Assembly: GCA_014905635.1 (NCBI GenBank)
Contig: JABVCE010000009.1
Location: forward strand, 1 to 64,000
Reading direction: 5' to 3'
Source of the DNA: Scenedesmus sp. PABB004
Taxonomy: Eukaryota
DNA length: 64,000 nt
Shown here in pieces: positions 56,600 through 64,000 of the stretch (the stretch's first letter is position 1; every line of letters starts with the position of its first letter). Under the pieces are notes generated by a model. It made no database searches, had not been told where the DNA came from, and was given only the letters and a program-made list of their open reading frames with translations. The position numbers and the translations under genes are program-made.

Positions 56600-59500
56600 T
56601 CAGCCGCTGCGCCGCGCGCCCGGCTTGCCGCCCTGCTGCTGCTGCCCGTGCGGCGGCGGGCGCGCCTCGCCGATCGCGTCGAGCAGCAGCGGCGGCGCGC
56701 AGCGCGGGTGCCCGCCGTTGGCCTCGCAGTCCTCGCAGAAGGAGAGCAGCACGGTGTCAATGGCCAGCTCGTACACGGAGAAGAAGATCTGCGGGCAGGC
56801 GGCCAGCGGGGAGGGGCAGCGGGTGAGGTGAGTCAGGGTCAGGTGGGTCAGGGTCAGGTGAGTCAGGGGCGTCAGGTGAGTCGGGTGGCGTCAGCGGCTG
56901 GACCGGCCCTGGCCGCGGCCACCCCCTGCCAGCCCAGCCAGCTGCCTAGGCTCCAGCTGCAGCCCGCCCGCCCGCCCACGCACCGCCGCGACGGCGTAGC
57001 CTGTGAGCGCCGCGAGCGCGATGGGCAGCAGGCCGCTGGAGAGGTACGTCGCAGGGTAGGCGGCCGCGTCGGTGTAGTAGGGCGCGCGCGAGAGACCAAA
57101 CGCGGCGACGCCGCAGCTCGCGGCGACGCCGAGCTTGCCCAGGAAGAGCAGCGCGTCGCCCACGATCGTCACCGCCGCGAGGCGCAGCGCGTTGGACACC
57201 ACCAGCGTCACCGCGCGGCCCGCGCTCGCGCAGTAGCCGCTGCCCTTGGCTGTAGCGCGCGCGCGCGGGCGGCGGGCGGGCGTTGGCACATCGGGCGGTC
57301 AACGGCCTCGGCCGCAGCTGCGGCGAAGCTGCGCGTGCTGCGACTGGTGTCGCGGCGCGGGTCAGAGTGACTGGCTGGCTGGCTGGCCGGCGTGCCTCAC
57401 CCGCGACGAGGATGAAGGCGTTGCGGTTGATGAACGCGACGACCTTCTCCAGCAGCCACAGCAGGCCCCGCACGAGGCACATCAGCCAGCCCGCGATCTT
57501 GTTCTGCGCCTGCAGCGCCCGGCTCTTCTTGTCCACGTACTCCAGCAGCAGCCGCACAAACTGGATGACCGCGATGACCAGCGACCCCAGCGCGACGCTG
57601 CCGAGGTGGAAGCACGCCGCGACGCGCATCGCGCGCAGCACGGGAAATCGCGCCTGCCTGCGCGACCACGAGCGGGCGGCGGGGGCGGCGGGCCGCGTCG
57701 GCCGGCCGCGCCCGGCGCGCCGCGGCGCCCGCCGGCGCGCGTGCGCCCCCGCCGGACCGCCCGCCCGCGCGGCCGCCGCGGCACGCACGCCCGCGCGTCG
57801 CCGCGCGCCCAGTAGAAGCCCGCGACCGCGCCGGCGACGACGACGCTGGCAAAGCCTATGATGAACTGGTTGGTCCAGAGCAGGCCAAAGAGGTGGAACG
57901 CAAACGCGTAGCGCAGCCGCGCGTCCCAGTCAAAGCTCACGTAGCAGTCGGGCGACGCCGAGCACGCGGCCAGGCGCTCCTGCGCGGCGCCGCGGGGCGG
58001 CGCGCGGCCGCGGGCGTCGGTTGGCGCGGGGCACACAGGGCCGCGGGGCAGCGCGGCTGCGCGGCGGCCGGCCGCGGAGCCGCGCGGCGCACGTCGCGGG
58101 TCCAGCCGGTCATGTTTGGCGCGGCCGCGGCCGGCGGCGGCGGCGCGGTGGCGTTGCCGAGCATGAGCTGGGCAAGGCCGAGCGGCGCCGCCGCGTCGGC
58201 GGCGCCCGCGGGGCGCCAGTGGTCGGCGGGCAGGCCTGCGGAATAGAGCACGGCGGTGACGGCGACCCAGTAGATGACGAGCCCCACCTCCAGCATGAAG
58301 GGCAGCAGCGGGAAGAGCAGGATGCTGGGCATGGTCGCCACGGCCTGGCTGGCCACCTGTCGGAGCAGGGTTTAGGCGGCGGCGGCGGCGGCGGCGGCGT
58401 GCGTCAGCGAGGTGCAGCGGCACGCGCGGCTGCGGCGTGCGACGGTCAGCGGCGGGCGGGCGTGGGGCGCGCCTTGATGCAGGCGACCGCGACCTTGACG
58501 CGGCGCAGCATGACGAGCGTGAAGAGCGCGACGAGGGCGGTCAGGCCGGTCAGGCCGTACGCGACGTACGCCCAGTGGTCGCGGCTCAGCCCTGGCGGCG
58601 CCGGCGGCGGCTGGTCATGCGGCGCCGGCGCGCCGCGGCTGCCGTGGCAGGTGCGGCGGCGCCCGGCACGTGCTGCACGCGCGGCGCACGGCAGCGCACC
58701 CGTGGGGTCGGCGTCGGCGGGCAGCTGCGCGGCGATCGCGGCGCCCCAGGCGCCCTTAGTCGCGAGCAGGCCGGCGGTGTTGTAGGCAAACAGGGTGCAG
58801 CCGAGCAGCGCGGCGCTGACGACCGCGATGGTCGCCCAGACCATGAGCCCCGAGAAGAAGCGCAGCACGAGCATCCACGCCTGCGTCGTCGGCGGCGGCA
58901 GCAGTTAGTCGACCAGCTGGGGGCGGTCCGGTCCGGCTGCGGCAGCAGCACCGCCGCCCAGCGACCGCGCACAGCCTTTGCCGCGCACGGCCTCACACGC
59001 GCACCAGCGACATGGCCACGCCGCAGCCGAGGCCGCCGGCGACCACGATGAGCACGCCCTTGCTGATGTCGGCGACGTACGTCCCGAACCGCGGCCCCGC
59101 CGCGCCCCAGCGCTCGCGCAGCAGCGACGCCGCGCCCGCGCCTACGCCCGAGGTCGCATCGAGCAGGGACGCCACGCTGCCGGTGAAGTTGGCGGGGAAC
59201 TTGGGGAAGCACCTGCGGCGCGGCGCGCGGGGCGCGCACGTCGCACAGCATGCGCAGCACGCATGCGCGGCGCTGCGGACCGGCGCGCGAGCGACCACGC
59301 ACAGCGCAGCCGGCCCCGTCGCACCGGTTGAAGTAGGGCACGGTCGCTGCCCACACGGGGTAGCAGGGGCCCTTGCCGGGAAACTGGCTGGACGCCTGCA
59401 GGTATCGCCCGCCCACGCCCGCGCCGGGCGCCGCGTCGCACGCGTCGACGGCCACGCCAAACGCGCTCAGGTTGAGCCCCGCCGCGCCCTGCGCTGCCTG

Positions 59501-60540
59501 CGCGGCGCGGCGCACCGGCGGGCGCGCGGCACGCGGGGCTCGGCCGCCGCGCGGCGCCATGCTCGGCGGGCCCGGCCCGCGCGGTCTGGTCTCCCGCAGC
59601 CAAGCGCGGGCGCTCACGGCGAGGAAGGAGCCGTCGCAGCTGTCGAGCGTGGCGGTGGGCAGCTGGTCCCAGTAGGCGACGGCCGCGGTGTCGTTCACCG
59701 CCGCCAGCTTGCCCCACAGCCCGCCCTCCACCAGGCGGTAGTAGGGGCACCTGCAGGCGCAGGGGCGGCGGCGGCGGTGAGGAGCAGCTTGCACGGGCGC
59801 GGCGCCCGCCCGCTTGCTGCCGCCGCCGGCTGCCGCCGGCCCCCTTCCCCTTGCCCCTAGCCGTGCGCGCGCCGCGCACCGGTACTGCTCGTTGCGCGTG
59901 CAGGGGAGCGCGCCGACGTCGCAGAGCTCCTCCGCGGTGGGGCAGGCGCTCACACACACGCTCTTGGCGTAGGGCAGGTTGGACGGCGTGAGCAGGTCCA
60001 GGGCGTTGAGGTAGTATAGGTTTGGGCGGTCGGTGAGGTCGATCGTCGTGTTGCCCACGGTGTTGACGCTGCCGCACAGCAGGCCGCTGGAGTCGACGGC
60101 GTACACGAGGCGGTTGGGGTCGCCTGCGGCGCGGCCGCGCGGCGGCGCTCCGCGGGGCGCGCGCGCGCGCTGTGCGCGCCGCGCTGCGCCCCACTGCCGG
60201 CGGCGGCGCGCGCCTGCGGCGAAGGCGATGCCGCACACCACATACATGCCCGCCCAGTAGGCCACGAAGAGCAGCAGGAACAGCACGTCGCGGCAGCGCC
60301 GCCCCTCGACCACGCCCTGCGTGGTCACACGCGCGGCGCAGGCGGGTGCGCCGCGCTCAGTGCGCTGCGCATCATCGCCGGTGCCAGCTGCTGCGCGCGC
60401 CCAGTCGGCGTTACAGCGCCCCGGGCGTGGCTGCCGGTGATTTGGAGGCGCGGCGGCGGCGCGGCGGCCGCGAGCCGCTGTGCTGCGCTGCTCGCCTGCT
60501 TGCCCTCATCGTCCGCGCCCCCTCCGCCGCAGCAGGCCAT
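56600..60540 (-). CDS. Choline transporter-like (CTL/SLC44) protein, multi-exon
   Basis: RRCRDVLFLLLF, GDPNRLVYAVDSSGLLCG, HLFGLLWTNQF, FHLGSVALGSL, FINRNAFI, AIDTVLLSFCEDC. The first exon MACCGGG is inferred. Confidence 0.93.
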
Positions 60541-60872
60541 CCTGACCGCTCGGAATGCGTGCTGGACGAGCGTGCAGGCTGCAAGGGGCAGGCGACAGGC
60601 GGCCGCAAGGGGCAGGCGACAGGCGGCCGGCGGCCGGCGCAGGCAGTCAACGCTGCTCGGACCCAGCAGCGGGCAGGACGCCGGCGAGACGCGCCCGCGG
60701 TTGATGCGTGCGATTGGAGGTTGCCGGCAACGCACGCTCGGGTGTTGTTCACGCGTGTGCGATGCGCGGTGGCGGCGGCGCGGTGAACCCTCGCCGGCGG
60801 CGCTCGCGCTCGAACGCAAACGCGCCGCCGCCGGCGCCGCACCGCGCACACTCCCGGCCCCCGCTCGCCGCC

Positions 60873-63800
60873 ATGGCGGGCGTCGATGGCGACAACCCGA
60901 TCCTGGCGGGCTGGCGCTTTTGGCGGGGCGTGCTGCAGCAGGTCGGGGCCGGCTCGCGGCGCTGCTGCTCGCTGCGCGGGCCGCCGCCGCTGAGCCGCCC
61001 TGCCTCCGCGCCGCGCCCAGGACGACGATCGGCACAGGGCTGCTCAGCACGACCAGGAGGAGCAGAGGTGCGCGGCGCACGGCGCAGCGGCGGCGGCGCC
61101 CAACCTCGCGCACCGGCCCACGCGCGCCGCCGCCCGCCGCAGCCCGCAGCCGCTGCCGGAGCCGCTGGCGGGCCAGCAGCTGCTGCAGCCCAGCCCCGGC
61201 GCGCCCTGGCAGCCGCGGCTGTCGGCGCCGCGGCTGCAGCAGCAGAGCACGCTCTGGCGCAGCGGGGGCGGGGCGCGGCGCGGGGCGCCCCTGGCCGACG
61301 TCAGCAACCGGCAGGAGGGGAGGCAGCAGCATCAGGAGTGGCAGCAGCAGCAGCGAGAGGACAAGCAGCAGGAGTGGCAGCAGCAGCAGGAGCGCAAGCT
61401 GAGCTGGGGACGCGCGGCGCAGCACGCGGATTTGCTTGCGCGGCCGCTGCAGGCGCCGCCGCCGCCGTCCGCCGCCGACGCGCGGCGGCGCGCGGCGCTG
61501 CTGCTGCAGCGCCTGGAGCAGTTTGCTGGCGACAGCGCGGCCGGCCCGGCCGCGGCCGGCAAGCGCTGGCCCTGGCTCGCGGGCGAGCGCCGCGACGCGG
61601 CGGGGCGGCGCCCGGGTGCGGCGGCGGCGTGCGCTGCACGGCGCGGGGGCTGGCCACGCCGCCGTGCTGCGCGCGTCCAGACGCACGCGCCGGCTCGTGC
61701 GCGCGTGGGCGCCGCGCGCCCCGCAGGCGAGCCCGGCTACGACCCGAGCACGCTGCACGTCCCGCCGGCGGCGCTGCCGGGGCTCACCGCGCTGCAGCGC
61801 CAGTGGTGGGGCATCAAGGCCGCCGCGATGGACCTCGTGCTCTTCGTGCGCCACGGCAGGCGCGGCGGGACGCGCGCGCGCGCAGCGCGCGCGCGTGCCG
61901 GCCGCACGCGGCGGACGCGGCGCGCGCGCGCACCAGCCGGCCCACGCCCGCCGCCCCCCTCGTGTCCGCGACACGCAGCTTCTACAACCTTTGGGACATC
62001 GACGCCGACGTCGGCCTGCGCGTGGGCCTGAACCTCAGCGGCGGCCCCGCCGCCAACTTCTGGAAGGCGCGCGCGCCATTCGACGCCCCCCCCCCCCCCC
62101 CCCCAGCGCACGCGTGCTCGCGCCTCAGTTGCTGCCGCCGCCGGCCCCGCCGCCGGCGGCGCCGCAGGTGGGCTGCCACAAGGACCACTTTGCTGTGTGG
62201 GCGGCCAAGGTGCTTGCGCGCGGGTACAGCGTCGGGCGCGTCGAGGAGCTGCCTGGCCACGAGGGCGGCGCCGGCCGCGGCGGCCTGCTCGTGCGGCGGC
62301 TAGTGCAGATCTACACGCCCGGCACCGCGGTCGGCGGCCTGCTCGCGGTGAGGCTCTGGCAGCGGGCAGCACGGCGCGCACGCCGAGCTGGCAGCGGCGC
62401 GCCGCCGGCAGGCAACGCGGCGCCGCGCGGCGCCGGCGCCTCGCAGGACGAGCTCGACCACCGCGCGCGCCCCATCCTCTGCCTCGTCGAGCTCCCGGCG
62501 TCGGGCGGCGTCGCCGCCGGGCCCGCCCTCAAGGCGAGCGTGATCGGGTTGTGCGCGCTGGACGCGGCGTCGGGCGCCGCGCACGTAGGCTGCTGCGCCA
62601 CTGCCGGCGCGTCGCGCGCGGCGCTCGCGGCGGCGCTGCTGATGGCCGACCCGGCCGAGGTCGTGGTGCTGCGGCACAACCTGCAGCCCGCCACGCTCGC
62701 CCTCGTCGCCCGCCACTGCGCCGTCAAGGGCCGCCCGGGCGACGCCGGCGGCGGTGGCGGCGCCGGCGGCGCGGCGCAGGGTGGCCACGTGCCGGGGCTG
62801 TCTTGGCTGCCGCAGGCCTCGGCCGGCGGCGTGCTCGACGGCCCGCTTCAGCTGCTGGGCGCGGCGCTGCCCGAGGCCGCGGCGCCCCAGGTGCATGCTG
62901 CGGCCGAGCACTGCGCCAGCAGCGCTGGCGGCGGCGTCGCGGCGGCGGCGGGCCTCGCCGCGCTGGCGCTGGCGGTGCGGCAGCTCCAGCGGTGCAGCCT
63001 GGCGCACGTGCTGCCCACGCTGGACGTGCGCCCCCTGCTCGGCCTGGGCGGGCCCTTGGCGCTGGCGCCAGGTGCGCCTGCACGCGGCGAGGCGAGGCCG
63101 GCCGCCGTGCGGCTCACGCGCGCCCGTGCGCGTGCGCGCTCCCATGCCAGGCCGCACCTGCCGCGCGCAGGCCGCCCGCTGCTGCTGGACGACAAGGCTC
63201 TGCTCTCGCTGGACCTGCTCGCGCCCAGCAGCGCCGGCGCCGGCGGCGGCCTCAGCGGCGCGGCGCCGCCGGCCGTGGGCGGCGGCGGCCCGCCCGGCTC
63301 GCTGCTGCAGCTGCTTGACCGCGCCGTCAGCGGCGCGGGGCGGCGCAAGCTGCGTGACTGGATCTGCAGGTGCCTCCCTCGCACGCGTGCCGCCGCCGTG
63401 GCTCGTGCGGCGGCGGCGTTGCCGACGCGCCCGCGCGGCCCTGACCCGCGAGCGCCCGCGCGGCCCTGACCCGCGCGCGCGCGCCGCCCGCTGCCCGCAG
63501 GCCGCTTACGCTGGCATCGGCCATCGACGAGCGCCTGGACGTGCTCGACCTGTTCCTGGCTCACGGGGGCGCCGTGCGTGAGCTGCAGGGCCAGCTCGCT
63601 GCGCTGCCGGCGGACGCCGAGCGGCTGCTGCCCAAGGCCGCGGCGGCGCTGCGCGCCCTGCGGCAGCAGGCGCGCGTCGGCGACGGCGACGGCGGCGCCG
63701 ACCCCAGCGACGCCTGCGGCGCGGAGGCGAGCAAGGCGGCGTGGCGCGCGTTGCAGCTCCTGCCCGCATGCCTCATGGGTGAGCCCGCACGCCGGCCCGC

Positions 63801-64000
63801 CGCCGCCCGCGCTCATGCGCTCCCTATTCTACGGCGGCCGCCACCCCGCGCGCGCCACCCTCGCAGGCTGGTGAGCGCGGTGGCCCTCCTGCACCGGCAC
63901 CTGCAGCAGCACGGTGTCGCCTCGGCCAAGCTGCCGTTGCTCCACCGCGCGCTGCTCGCGGCGGCGCGCGCGGCGGAGCCGGCCAAGGCCCTGCACCGCA
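60873..64000 (+). CDS. MutS homologue, MSH6/MSH7-like, divergent; continues beyond the window
   Basis: RRDAAGRRP-GEPGYDPSTLHVP, QWWGIK, GSFYNLWDIDA, GYSVGRVEE, RRLVQIYTPGT, GSLLQLLD..SGAGRRKLRDWICRPL, IDERLD. Confidence 0.88.

Noticed and set aside
52884..56885. Intronic short repeats (GCACAGCAC)n at ~52884-52940 and GGTCAGGTGAGTCAG-like repeats at ~56820-56885
   Set aside because: Ordinary intronic micro/minisatellites.
51332..64000. DNA-repair gene cluster (XPD plus MSH)
   Set aside because: Only two genes, separated by an unrelated transporter. No evidence of functional clustering.

Overview
Eukaryotic, very GC-rich genomic DNA. It is most consistent with a chlorophyte green alga: short GC-rich spliceosomal introns, TGTAA polyadenylation signals and algal-type retroelements. 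The window has two sharply different halves. (1) About 1-23,790 is a retroelement/satellite island with no host genes. It holds a Ty1/copia element whose 5' LTR abuts a ~31-copy 172-bp satellite, three truncated copies of a poly(A)-tailed non-LTR element, and a second LTR-less copia pol joined in frame to an L1-like C-terminus with an inverted gag. It also holds an RTE/RTEX-like LINE that carries two Tudor-like domains N-terminal to its endonuclease and has received copies of its own 3' end. A second ~190-bp tandem repeat closes the island. (2) About 23,980-64,000 is compact, gene-dense sequence with mostly head-to-head gene pairs: secreted cupin, TTL-family ligase, TAD3, TACC-like protein, cyclin T-like, RPA12, mitochondrial carrier, PSMA5, EMC6, IMPDH, two hypotheticals, XPD, CTL/SLC44 and an MSH6/7-like gene. 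GC-AG introns are strikingly frequent. The best candidate for a novel system is the tandem-Tudor LINE, a possible chromatin-reader-guided retrotransposon inside a possible (peri)centromeric island. All calls come from reading the sequence by eye; no searches were run. CDS spans include introns.
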